Shown: positions 1 to 11,725 of the stretch, piece by piece | Position numbering within the stretch: the stretch's first letter is position 1 | Layout of the letters: the number at the start of each line of letters is the position of its first letter | Source of the DNA: Heptranchias perlo | Taxonomy: Eukaryota | Direction of reading: 5' to 3' | NCBI RefSeq assembly: GCF_035084215.1 | Contig: NC_090330.1 | Location: 12,648,001 to 12,712,000 of the forward strand | DNA length: 64,000 nt | The notes under the pieces: generated by a model | Databases searched by the model: none | Told to the model about the DNA's origin: nothing | What the model saw: only the letters and a program-made list of their open reading frames with translations | Position numbers and translations under genes: made by a program

Positions 1-67
1 CAACAACAATGAGGCAATCACCAGGATTTGAAGAACAAGTGAAATCTAGTCAGGCTTCACTGTGGCA

Positions 68-2450
68 TGATGTGGAGATGCCGGTGATGGACTGGGGTTG
101 ACAATTGTAAACAATTTTACAACACCAAGTTATAGTCCAACAATTTTATTTTAAAATCCACAAGCTTTCGGAGGCTTCCTCCTTCCTCGGGTGAATGTGG
201 AAATGAAATCCTCGAACCTATCGCATTTATAAATCACAGAACAATGCCTGGTGATTACAGATAGTCTTTTCAACTGCCCGTTGCCAAGGCAACCAAAGTG
301 TTCAGACAGATAGGTGTTACCTACAGGGCCACCGAATATACAAATGGCCAGAACTAAAAAAACAGATGATGTTGAGATGCCAATTAAAAAAACAGAGCGA
401 GAGAGGCAGAAACATAGAAACATCCGGAAGGAAAAGACAGCAATCGACCCGTTATATTAAAAACAGATAACATTTGTTCGCTGGTGGGGTAACGTGTAGC
501 ATGACATGAACCCAAGATCCCGGTTGAGGCCGTCCTCATGGGTGCGGAACTTGGCTATCAATTTCTGCTCGACGATTTTGCGTTGTCGAGTGTCTCGAAG
601 GCCGCCTTGGAGTACGCTTACCCGAAGGTCGGTGGCTGAATGTCCTGGACTGCTGAAGTGTTCCCCGACTGGGAGGGAACCCTCCTGTCTGGCGATTGTT
701 GCGCAGTGTCCGTTCATCCGTTGTCGCAGCGTTTGCATGGTCTCGCCAATGTACCATGCTCTGGGGCATCCTTTCCTGCAACGTATGGGGTAGACAACGT
801 TGGCCGAGTCACAGGAGTATGAACCATGCACCTGGTGGGTGGTGTCCTCTTGTGTGATGGTGGTATCTGTGTCGATGATCTGGCATGTCTTGCAGAGGTT
901 ACCGTGGCAGGGTTGTGTGGTGTCGTGGACGCTGTTCTCTTGAAAGCTGGGTAATTTGCTGCGAACGATGGTCTGTTTGAGGTTGGGTGGCTGTTTAAAG
1001 GCGAGTAGTGGAGGTTTGGGGATGGACATAGCGAGGTGTTCGTCGTCATTGATGACATGTTGAAGGCTGCTACCATGGACTACTCCTCAGAATCAGTTTC
1101 TTTCTTGGACACACGAATCTCCATCAAAGACGGGCACCTCAGCACCTCACTCTACCGCAAGCCCACGGACAACCTCACGATGCTCCACTTTTCCAGCTTC
1201 CACCCTAACCACGTCAAAGAGGCCATCCCCTATGGACAGGCCCTGCGAATACACAGGGTCTGCTCAGACGAGGAGGAATGCGATGGACACCTACAGACGC
1301 TGAAAGACGCCCTAGTAAGAATGGGATATGACGCTCGACTCATCGATCGACAGTTCCGACGGGCCACAGCGAAAAATCGCATAGACCGTCTCAGAAGACT
1401 AACACGGGACGCAACCAACAGAGTACCCTTCGTCGTCCAGTACTTCCCCGGAGCGGAGAAACTACGCCATGTTCTCCGCAGCCTTCAACATGTCATCAAT
1501 GACGACGAACACCTCGCTATGGCCATCCCCACACCTCCACTACTCGCCTTTAAACAGCCACCCAACCTCAAACAGACCATCGTTCGCAGCAAATTACCCA
1601 GCTTTCAGGAGAACAGCGTCCACGACACCACACAACCCTGCCACGGCAACCTCTGCAAGATATGCCAGATCATCGACACAGATACCACCATCACACGAGA
1701 GGACACCACCCACAAGGTGCATGGTTCATACTCCTGTGACTCGGCCAACGTTGTCTACCTCATACGTTGCAGGAAAGGATGCCCCAGAGCATGGTACATT
1801 GGCGAGACCATGCAAACGCTGCGACAACGGATGAACGGACACCGCGCAACAATCGCCAGACAGGAGGGTTCCCTCCCAGTCAGGGAACACTTCAGCAGTC
1901 AAGGACATTCAGCCACCGACCTTCGGGTAAGCGTACTCCAAGGCGGCCTTCGAGACACTCGACAACGCAAAATCGTCGAGCAGAAATTGACAGCCAAGTT
2001 CCGCACCCATGAGGACGGCCTCAACTGGGATCTTGGGTTCATGTCATGCTACACGTTACCCCACCAGCGAACAAATGTTGTCTGTTTTTAATATAACGGG
2101 TCAGTTGCTGTCTTTTCCTTCCGGATGTTTCTATGTTTCTGCCTCTCTCGCTCTGTTTTTTTTTTAATTGGCATCTCCACATCATCTGTTTTTTTTAGTT
2201 CTGGCCATTTGTATATTCGGTGGCCCTGTAGGTAACACCTAGCTGTCTGAACACTTTGGTTGCCTTGACAACGGGCAGTTGAAAAGACTATCTGTAATCA
2301 CCAGGCATTGTTCTGTGATTTATAAATGCGATAGGTTCGAGGATTTCATTTCCACATTCACCCGAGGAAGGAGGAAGCCTCCGAAAGCTTGTGGATTTTA
2401 AAATAAAATTGTTGGACTATAACTTGGTGTTGTAAAATTGTTTACAATTT
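68..2450. mobile_element. Penelope-like retroelement (family A), head-to-head inverted insertion: minus arm 68-~1070, plus arm ~1071-2450
   Basis: Left arm is the reverse complement of the 3' ~1 kb of the right arm. Both encode a GIY-YIG endonuclease (VVYLIRC..WYIGET..LRQRMNGH). Direct repeat ACTGTGGCA at 59-67 and 2451-2459. Confidence 0.93.
1071..2091 (+). pseudogene. 5'-truncated PLE ORF: RT C-terminus/thumb, Cys-rich linker and GIY-YIG endonuclease
   Basis: ORF 1036..2091: SVSFLDT..LSTSLYRKPTD..HP.HVKEAIPYGQALR, PCHGNLCKICQ linker (Neptune-like), NVVYLIRC..YIGET, GLN. The first ~12 codons come from the inverted arm. Confidence 0.9.
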
Positions 2451-3714
2451 ACTGTGGCAGACAGCCATTCGAAGGGTGCTTTTACGTTTAAGATCAGTAA
2501 GGTTGGGTAAGGAGTGATGCCAAAGCGACACATGCCACTCTCTTGCTGTGTTCCGGCCTGTATGTGCGCCCAAAGATCTGTTCAGGAGGAACATCGTATC
2601 GTGAATGGCAAGCAGCAGGCACACTGGGAATTTGATGCTGAGCCTGAGCTGGTCATCAGCGTGAAGCACTAAACCAGCTTAGGCCACAGGAGGTGGTAAT
2701 TGTTCGAACAGGTCACATATTTATACCGACAAGTGCTGTTGACAGCACGAGACCCCCGCATCTGAAGTGACAGCACTCTTGTAAAGTAAAAGCATCATAA
2801 ATGCTCCAAGACACTTCTCTTTGAAGTTCAGTGTAGCAGGTTCAAACATCTCGAGACTGGCTGAAGAAATTAGAAGCCATCCTCCAGGAACATTTTGAAT
2901 GCCAAAGATAGGGCCAGTCCCTCAAATAACCGAATCGGATGGCAAATGTTTATTATCTGCAGTGTTACCATCCGAGGTGCAACTTGAACTTGCAAGTTAC
3001 AATCATGTCAGTGCCAGCACTGGTCAAACTCAACTTCATAAGCCCCCGTTTTATCCATGCCAAGTCAGTACCAGCCAGCTGCACGTCGTACCATGATCTG
3101 TGCTTTGACAGAAAAATTTAAATCTGGAATTATGGAATCTGGTACTATTCTTCTCCCTGCCAACTTATTTTGGACAAATCTCCCATATCATTGGCGAATA
3201 CGAAGCGAGAAAAGAAAAGCAGTCGTCATGTAATGAAGTATATATGGTCACCAATACCAATACTGGGACTGAACGCACATTCAAGTAATTGTTACATTCC
3301 CCTATCAGTTTTTGATCACCAACAAAGCAGTTGTTTCAATCTAGAGCTTAAGGTTTTTTGATGTGTCACCCAAAGATTTGCTTAGCCTGAGAAAATTCCT
3401 TGGTACAAATTATTCTCCGGCAATTCCTTCTCTGAAGTTGAGCTACTGAGCACCTCACCATTATGGTATTTTTATTCTCCCTCTTTCTGGCATCTCAAAT
3501 GCAACTTCAACCCATTTCCTAGCTGAGTTATTTCAGTGACCAAGGTACTAATGTACAAAGATTGTACTTTTCAATCTCCATCCCAAAAGTTCTGAATAGC
3601 AGAAATCCAAGACTAAAAGTTTCCCATCAATTAATGTTTCTATCCAAGAGCTCGTGGGGAGTATCATTCAATTAATTTTCTCAGCTAAATAAATCTTGGA
3701 ATATTCACATGGTC

Positions 3715-5010
3715 CATCTCTTACTCTTCCCTTCCTTGACTTCTCTATCTCCATTTCTGGGGATAGGCTGGCAATATCAGTCAACCAATATCTATTATAT
3801 GCCCATCAACTCCCACAGCTACCTTGATTACACTTCCTCCCACCCTGTTTCCTTTAAGGACTCTATTCCATTCTCCCAGTTTCTCTGTCGCATCTGCTCC
3901 GATGATGCCACCATTCACACCTGTGCTTCAGATATGTCTTCCTTTTTCCTTAACCGAGGATTCCCCTCCACTGTAGTTGACGGGGCCCTCGACCGTGTCC
4001 ATCCCATTTCCGGCACTTCTGTCCTCACCCCTTCCCTTCCCTCCCAGAACCACGATAGGGTCCCCCGTGTCCTCTCCTTCCACCCACCAGCCTCCACATT
4101 CAATTGATCTTCCTCCGCCATCATCAGCACGATACCACCACCAAACACATCTTCCACTCCCCTTTCAGCATTCCGGAAGGGACTGTTATCTCCACAACAC
4201 CCTAGTCCACCCTTCCATCACAAGCGCAGGAGGCAACACCTGCCCTTTTACCTCCTCCCTTCCCACCGTCCAGGGCCCCAAACACTCCTTCCAGGTGAAG
4301 CAGCGATTTACTTGTACTTCTTTCAATTTAGTATACTGTGTTTGCTGCTCAAAGTGCAGACTCCTCTACACTGGGGAGACCAAATGCAGATTGGGTGATC
4401 GCTTTGCTGAACACCTCCGCTCAGTCCGCAAGCGTGACCCTGAGCTTCTGGTCACCTGCCATTTTAATTCTCCGTCCCACTCTGACTCTGCCCTCGGCCT
4501 CCTACATTGTTCCAATGAAGCTCAACGGAAGCTCGAGGAACAGCACCTCATCTTTCGATTACACACTCTACAACCTTCCAGACTCAACATTGATTTCAAT
4601 AACTTCAGATCATAACCACAGCTCCCATTTTTTCAGACAGCAGGTGCTGGTTATGATGTTGCCATTTACAGCTCCTCTAGACCCATCTTTTGTCTCTTTA
4701 CTTGTCCCATTATCACCCTCCTTGCCTTGCACCATCATCACTTTTGTCATTTAATCACTCCTGCCCTCCACCCTATCAGAGACCTTCCCTTTTGTTCTTT
4801 CCTCTCCTCTTCCCCACCCTCCCCCCTTGCCTGGCTCTGTACTTGCTTAAAAACTATTACAGCTTTAACTTCTTCCGGTTCTGATGAACAGTCATCAACC
4901 TGAAACATTAACTTTGTTTCTTTCTCCACAAGTGCCGCCTGACTTGAAGTATTTCCAGCATTTTCTGTTTTTAATTTCAGATTTCAAGCATCTGCAGTAT
5001 TTTGCTTTTG
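3715..5010 (+). mobile_element. Older Penelope-like element (family B), degenerate RT thumb, GIY-YIG and 3' UTR
   Basis: SHSYLDYTSSHP..KDSIPFSQF, then NLVYCVCCSKCRLLYTGET..RFAEHL..GLN-like end. Decayed hammerhead CTGATGAA..GAAAC at ~4881-4907. Confidence 0.85.
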
Positions 5011-5765
5011 ATGAGGTGTTGAGGTCAATTGTAACCCCTCACTACTGCCCCCTAACTCAACCACTGCCCTGGCTAAGATAACCAAACTCAACATTAAGTA
5101 ATTGAATTTGGGATGCTGTGATCAGAATGGCCTATTACTACAATGAACTGTGTCTTTACTCACTCCATCTTTCAGTAGCTCTTTGCATTAATTGCATTAA
5201 GAAATCCTCAAAGATTTCTGTTCTGAAGGTCCTGCTTTCAATGGGGAACCCAACGTCAGAACCATGGAGAAATCAAGTGCTTCATCCATTGGAGAGTATG
5301 CCCGTCCATCTCCTCTCTGGACCATCATTGGAAGAATAAAAGCATGTACAATTGTCCTTCAATTATGATATTACATAGAATTTACAGCACAGAAACAAGC
5401 CATTAAATCCATTTGGTCTATGCCGGTGTTTAAGCTGCACAAGAGTCTCCTCCCACTCTACTTCATCTAACTCTATCAGTGTATCCTTCTATTCCTTTCG
5501 CTTTCATGTACTTATCTAGCTTCCCCTTAAATGCATCTATGATCTGTGTGAACCATTTATATAGGATTCGCCACTCATCTGAATTCCTTTATGTACCTCA
5601 AGTGACCGATTCAGCTGTCAAATGTTTATTATCTGCGGCTGAGATATGGCACATGAGCTGATTCCTGTTCCGTATTTGCCAAGGAAATGCTTCAAATGTT
5701 CATTGCCTCCTCTGATCAACTGCATAGGGCTCTCAGATCAGGTCTCTTCAGTCTTAAAGAAACTG

Positions 5766-6000
5766 TGATATGGAGATGCCAGTGATGGACTGGGGTTGAC
5801 AAATGTAAACAATCTTACAACACCAGGTTATAGTCCAACAATTTTATTTGAAAATCACAAGCTTTCGGAGGCTTCCACCTTAGTCAGGTGAATGTCAGGA
5901 AATCCTGACATTCACCTGACGAAGGAGGAAGCCTCCGAAAGCTTGTGATTTTCAAATAAAATTGTTGGACTATAACCTGGTGTTGCAAGATTGTTTACAT
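5766..6000. mobile_element. Mini palindromic PLE family A insertion (two inverted 3' ends)
   Basis: Tail-bearing minus arm plus tail-less plus arm, centre ~5901. TSD TAAAGAAACTG at 5755-5765 and 6001-6011. Confidence 0.9.
5911..5948 (+). ncRNA. Minimal type I hammerhead ribozyme motif
   Basis: TCAC-CTGACGA-A-GGAGG/AAG/CCTCC-GAAA-GCT-T-GTGA: core boxes, stem I, stem II, palindromic AGCT stem III. Confidence 0.8.
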
Positions 6001-6558
6001 TAAAGAAACTGGAGTTTCTAATTTACACCAATGACGGATTCAGAAACTCAATGCAAATTGGTATAAGAGGCAGTGGAATCAAAGAAAGGAGCACAAAAAC
6101 TACATAAAGAGTTGGGCAAAATACCTAAGTAGGCAGAAAAATGGCAGATGAAATTTAATGCAGACAAGTGAAGGATATTACACACTGGAAGAAAAATTGG
6201 GTGACATATGAATGGCAGTGAAATAGGCAAGGATGAAGTTGAAATAGACCTAGTAGTCTTCTTAGACTTGATGTCCAACATGTCCAATCAATGCAAAGCA
6301 ACAATCAACAAAGCTAACAGAATGTTGCACTACATACCCGGAACAGCAGAAATACAAGTCAGAAGAAGGCATGATCAAAACTGTATAATGCTCTGGTCAG
6401 ATCGTATCCTAAATGCTGTGACCAGTTCCGGTCATCAAAACATAAGGGAAACATTCAAGTATTGGTGCAAGTGTAGAAAACAGGCATGAGGCTGATCCAC
6501 AGTGTCAAAGATCGGAGTTGAAGTTTGAAAAAGCTTCAAGGCTTTTCAGTCTTGAAAG

Positions 6559-7328
6559 ACAGATACCACCATCACACGAGAGGACACCACCCACCAGGTG
6601 CATGGTTCATACTCCTGTGACTCGGCCAACGTTGTCTACCTCATACGTTGCAGGAAAGGATGCCCCAGAGCATGGTACATTGGCGAGACCATGCAGACGC
6701 TGCGACAACGGATGAACGGACACCGCGCAACAATCGCCAAACAGGAGGGTTCCCTCCCAGTCGGGGAACACTTCAGCAGTCATGGACATTCAGCCACCGA
6801 CCTTCGGGTAAGCGTACTCCAAGGCGGCCTTCGAGACACACGACAACGCAAAATCGTCGAGCAGAAATTGATAGCCAAGTTCCGCACCCATGAGGACGGC
6901 CTCAACCGGGATCTTGGGTTCATGTCACGCTACACGTTACCCCACCAGCGAACAAATGTTATCTGTTTTTAATATAACGGGTCAGTTGCTGTCTTTTCTA
7001 TGTTTCTACCTCTCTATCTCTTTTTTTTTGTTTGTTGTTTTTTTTGGTGATTTGTATATTCTGAGACCTGGCAGGTAACACCTGTCTGTCTACACACTGA
7101 TTGCCTTGGCAACGGGCAGTTGAAAAAACTGTCTGTAATCAACAAGCATTGTTCTGTGAATTATAAATGCGATTTCATTTCGAGGATTTCATTTTCACAT
7201 CGTTCACCTGACGAAGGAGGAAGCCTCCGAAAGCTTGTGAATTTAAAATAAAATTGCTGGACTATAACTTGGTGTTGTAAAATTGTTTACAATTGTCAAC
7301 CCCAGTCCATCACCGGCATCTCCACATC
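6559..7328 (+). mobile_element. 5'-truncated PLE family A (GIY-YIG, 3' UTR, tail)
   Basis: ORF 6598..6972 encodes GIY-YIG. Ends in ...GGCATCTCCACATC. TCTTGAAAG repeated at 6550-6558 and 7327-7335. Confidence 0.92.
7203..7241 (+). ncRNA. Minimal type I hammerhead ribozyme motif
   Basis: TTCAC-CTGACGA-A-GGAGG/AAG/CCTCC-GAAA-GCT-T-GTGAA, with a perfect 5-bp stem I and 5-bp stem II. Confidence 0.85.
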
Positions 7329-7621
7329 TTGAAAGGAGGTGTCAAAGAAGTGATCTTATAGAAGTATACAAGATAGTTAACAGTATGGAAAAAGTAAATG
7401 TGGGAAATTACTTCAAAGTAAATTGGATGTACAGGACATGGGAACATGGGTTCAAGTAAATTTCGGACTAATATCAGGAAGTTCTTCATACAAAAGGGGA
7501 TCAATACATGAAATCTACATCCCAACTGAGTAGTAGAGGTGAAAAACCTACAATCATTTTAGAATCCATTGGATGCGGCAATGGGAGAACTTTAAGGTAT
7601 TTTTGGATGGATGAACTAAGA

Positions 7622-8495
7622 TTTCAGTTCCATTCGCAACCCCTCAGATAATGAAGCAGTCCATGCTCACATGCAGCAAAACCTGGACAACATCTAGGCT
7701 TGAGCTGATAAATGGCAAGTAACATAAGTGCCACACAAGTGCCAGGCAATGACCATCTCCAACAAGAGAGTGTCTAACCACCTCCACTTGACATTCAACG
7801 GCATTACCATGGCCGAATTGCCCACCATCAACATCTTGGAGGTCACCAGTGACCAGAAACTTAACTGGACCAGCCATATAAATACTGTGGCTACAAGAGC
7901 AGGTCAGAGCCTGGGTATTCAGCGGCAAGTGACTCACCTCCTGACTCCCCAAAGCCTTTCCACCTACAAGGCACAAGTTAGGAGTGTGAGGGAATACTCC
8001 CCACTTGCCTGGATGAGTACAGCTCCAACAATCAAGAAGCTCGACACTATCCAGGACAAAGCAGCCCGCTTGATTGGCACCCCATCCACCACCTTAAACA
8101 TTCACTCCCTCCACCACCAGCACACTGTGGCTGCAGTGTGTACCATCTACAAGATGCACTGCAGCAACTTGCTTCTTTGACAGCACCTCCCAAACCCGCA
8201 ACCTCTACCACCTAGAAGGACAAGGGCAGCAGGCGCATGGGACCACCACCACCACCACCTGCATGTTCCCCTCCAAAATCACACACCATCCTGATTTGGA
8301 AACAGGTCGTCGTTCCTTCACCGTTGTTGGGTCAAAATCCTGGAACTCCCTACCTAACACTGTGGGAGTATCTTCACCACACGGACTGCAGCGGTTCAAG
8401 GCGGCGGCTCACTACCACCTTAAGGGCAATTAGGGATGGGCAATAAATGCTGGCCTTGCCAGCGACGCCCACATCCCATGAATGAATAAAAAAAA
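7622..8495 (+). mobile_element. CR1/L2-group LINE (family X) 3' fragment
   Basis: KCQAMTISNKR..DQKLNWTSHI..EYSPLAW. Ends GGGCAATAAATGCTGGCCTTGCCAGCGACGCCCACATCCCA(TGAA)n-polyA, like 46236-48658. Confidence 0.85.
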
Positions 8496-9901
8496 TGAAT
8501 TGAATAGCCTCCCTCATCTTTAATTATCTTGTGATCTGTAAGAAAGATCAAGCACTTTTTACAAACCACATCACTGCAGCTTTGGTTTGCAACATACTAC
8601 AAAAAGAAACTGTGGCTTTTATATTCATTTTTGTGGAAGTATATTGACCAAGTTTAATAAGCAGCACACCCACAAGTTTATTTCTGGCATCTATTTCAAA
8701 TGATATTATTCTGTTCCCTCAAACTTCAACTTGGAACAAATCATATGGACTATAGTTACTACCCTGAATGACTGCTGCATACGTAGAATTAATACAGTCG
8801 GTAAGTGAAAAGTACTGTAATAGATTCTATAGGATCGTAAAATGGTATTCAAGTGCAAATATGGCCCATAACTATCTCAAATGGTGAAATCCAGAGCTGA
8901 TGCTGTAATCCATAGTCCTGATATTCCTTGCCCCTTGTTTTACAGAACTGTCCATTTTATACAATCAAACAGTTCTGTGAATTACCAAGCAGAAAAACAA
9001 TTGACGGACTACAACCCCCATTGGCACTCAGTTTTTGTCCCCCTATCAGTTCTATTGTTTTTCTATTAGTGAGGGAATTTTAACATAGCTGCCTTTATTT
9101 TAAACTATTTCCTTCACCAGTGAAAAGTACTGGAGGCGATAAATGGGGAAAAGACAGCTTTGTGGAAGAATGAGCAGCTTCTTTCTTGGGAATATGGACT
9201 TCACACGCCTCCGAACTAGCCCAGAGTGGATGTTATTACTTTGGAGGCTAAAATAGAAATCTAGATATTCAACTATGTGTACGGTATCATTTTAACCTTA
9301 AAACCAAATCCCAGATCAACTCAATATTTATTGCCTTGGCTTTGAGGTGCATGTAGGAATGACATCTGCACATTGTATCCTTCTCTGATTTAATATTATA
9401 TGAATCAGGAATTAACGCATGTGTATGCTATAATAATTCTAATAAGGTTGCAGATTAAAAGATTTTAAATGATATTAGGTATAGATGACCCTTGAGATTT
9501 CTTAGCTCTATTTAAGCTACATAGACAACCTCCCTCAGAAGCAAGTTTTGCCTCTTTAGTGTTGGTAACGTGAGGGGGCGTTTTGAAAATAATAAGTAAA
9601 CTCATTTTTTTTAAAAAAAAGCTTGTGTTGGACGTCTCCCTGCCAAAATAATTAATAAAACATTACAAATATTACAATATCTACTAATCAACTGCTCAGA
9701 GCACCATAGAAATTTCAGCACATTAAGTGGCCATCTGGTCCAGTATAGCTTTACATCACAACTATCTACTCTAATCATTTATTTATCATTATCTACTCTA
9801 ATACATTCCAGTTACACTGTGAAAATGTTTCTTCTAACCTTATTATGCTTTTAGTATTTATTTTAAATTCACCAAGTGTAAATACTCTTTTATCCTCTCG
9901 A

Positions 9902-10288
9902 ACCTTTCTCACTGATCTTACTGAAACATCACCATACCCATCGCTCTCCATAGCACTAATTGTAGATTCTACACTGTGAGAAAGGTAAACTTCAACTAGC
10001 TTTTAAATGTCATGATTCCAAGGAGAACCTGCAAACAAATGCGAGGAAAAAGAAATCAACATTCTGCAACTGCTTTCCCATCATTTAGAAGCATCTATTC
10101 AAGGCACTGCATCTCCCGTTATAAAACTGTTGAAAAATAAATTTAACAACTTCACAGCACAGTTGAGCATAGCTAAAATTACTCCTGCTTTAATAAAGAA
10201 TAAAAATGCCAAACAGTGTTTTAAATATAGGATGCCTTTCAATGAATTATCAAACTCATTAAGGAGCTACCAGGTAACAATTTTCTTT
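9902..10288. repeat. 387-bp direct duplicate of 13147-13533, inserted in an old minus-strand CR1 fragment (~9705-10700)
   Basis: Matches at constant offset 3245 with no difference seen on reading. Confidence 0.92.
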
Positions 10289-11298
10289 GAACTTTGAACT
10301 TCTATTAGATCCCTCTTTAAACTTTTCTGTTCCAATGAACGCAGTTCTCATATCTATATCCTCATGTCCTTGGCAAATCTATGTCGGACTTTTTCCATGA
10401 TTTCAATATCCTTTCTACAATGGATTGCCCAAAACCGCACATAGTATTTAAACCGTGGCCTAACCAAAGCCTTTTACAGATTCACCATCAACTCTGGATT
10501 CAATGCACAAAAACCCAAAATCCCATTTACCTTTTTTTTTAAAAAAAATAGCTTTTCCATTTGCAATCAAGGTTATAAAAACCTGTTTATTTACATCACT
10601 AAGTCTCTCTGGTCTTCCAATCCATTGAGAATGTTATCATTTAAGTTATAATTCCATTCTTTCCACATTTTACTAGTCCCCCAATATGTCTTATGTTCTC
10701 TAACATGCATTGTTACAATATCTTCTTGTGCATGGGCAGCACTGTAGAAATGCAAGTTATTTGTAAACTTATTCAAATCATGTATAACTGTGCTACAATG
10801 TGAACAATATGTGGAGCGAAGTTATGTTGTATCTGCCATGACAAATTAAATTTTGCTTAACCAACACTAATACAGCTGTAGTGGTTGTGCAAACTTGTTG
10901 AAAAATTCCTCAACAATTGAAAATGGAGTCTTCAGTATTTAGTTTTTAAAACAACAATTTTACACTATCATCCGTAAATGCCAGTTCAAATCTCCAAAAG
11001 TTTAAACTTTAGTACAAAGATGTAAAGTTATGAAAAATTTGCCAGAAATATGTGCATGCAATCATAAAAAGTTAACAAAATTTAAATCAACTTCTAAAAA
11101 AATGCAAACATTTGAATTGGTGATGTTGGAAATAATTGATCTTTCCCAATTTCTGTAGGTCTGTGCAATGCAGACAATATTTATGTTTGATGTATAGGTA
11201 CAAAATAATTAAATAAACAAAGAGCCAACTGATGTTACCTGTTTACAGCTAGTCATTTTTGGAGTCCTGCTCTGTACCCTTATACTACTATGGGAGGT

Positions 11299-11725
11299 GT
11301 CAGCCTTGGCTCAGTGATAGCACTCTCGCCTGAGTGAGACGGTCATGTGTTCAAGCCCCACTCCAGAGACTTCAGCACCTAATCCAGGCTGACACTTCAG
11401 TGCAGTACTGAGGGAATTCTGTTGGAGATGCTATCTTTTGGATAAGACGTTAAACCCAGGGCCCCGTCTGCCCCCTCAGGTGAACATGAAAGATTCCATG
11501 GCACAGAAAAGCAAGGAAGTTCTCCCAATATATATCGCTTAACCAACATCACTAAAAAACGGATCTTATTATTGTTTGTGGGACTTTGCTGTGTGAAATT
11601 TGGCTGGCACGTTTCTCTACATTACAACAGTGACTCCACTTCAAAAGAACTTCATAGGCTGTAAAGTGCGTTGGGACGTCCTTAGGTTGTGAAAGGTGCT
11701 ATGTAAATGCAAGTCCTTTCCTTTC
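11299..11725 (+). mobile_element. tRNA-headed Deu-domain SINE (SacSINE1-like) with L2-type tail
   Basis: A box TGGCTCAGTG, B box GTTCAAGCCC, Deu-like core TCTTTTGGATAAGACGTTAAACC..AAGATTCCATGGCAC, tail ..GGTGCTATGTAAATGCAAGTC. Confidence 0.75.

Larger units (their letters stand above)
6040..7620 (+). mobile_element. Old CR1 LINE RT 3' fragment interrupted by a PLE
   Basis: WQMKFNADK, KANRML, RLFSLE / RG..IEVYKI motifs continue across the 6559-7328 insert. Confidence 0.75.

Noticed and set aside
68-2450. Large palindrome as an assembly fold-back artefact
   Set aside because: The arms differ at scattered sites, are asymmetric in the same way as four other copies, and are bounded by a 9-bp TSD.
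11299-11370. tRNA gene (also ~50400-50465, ~52030-52090, ~26445-26500)
   Set aside because: A and B boxes run into SINE bodies with no intact cloverleaf; these are SINE heads.
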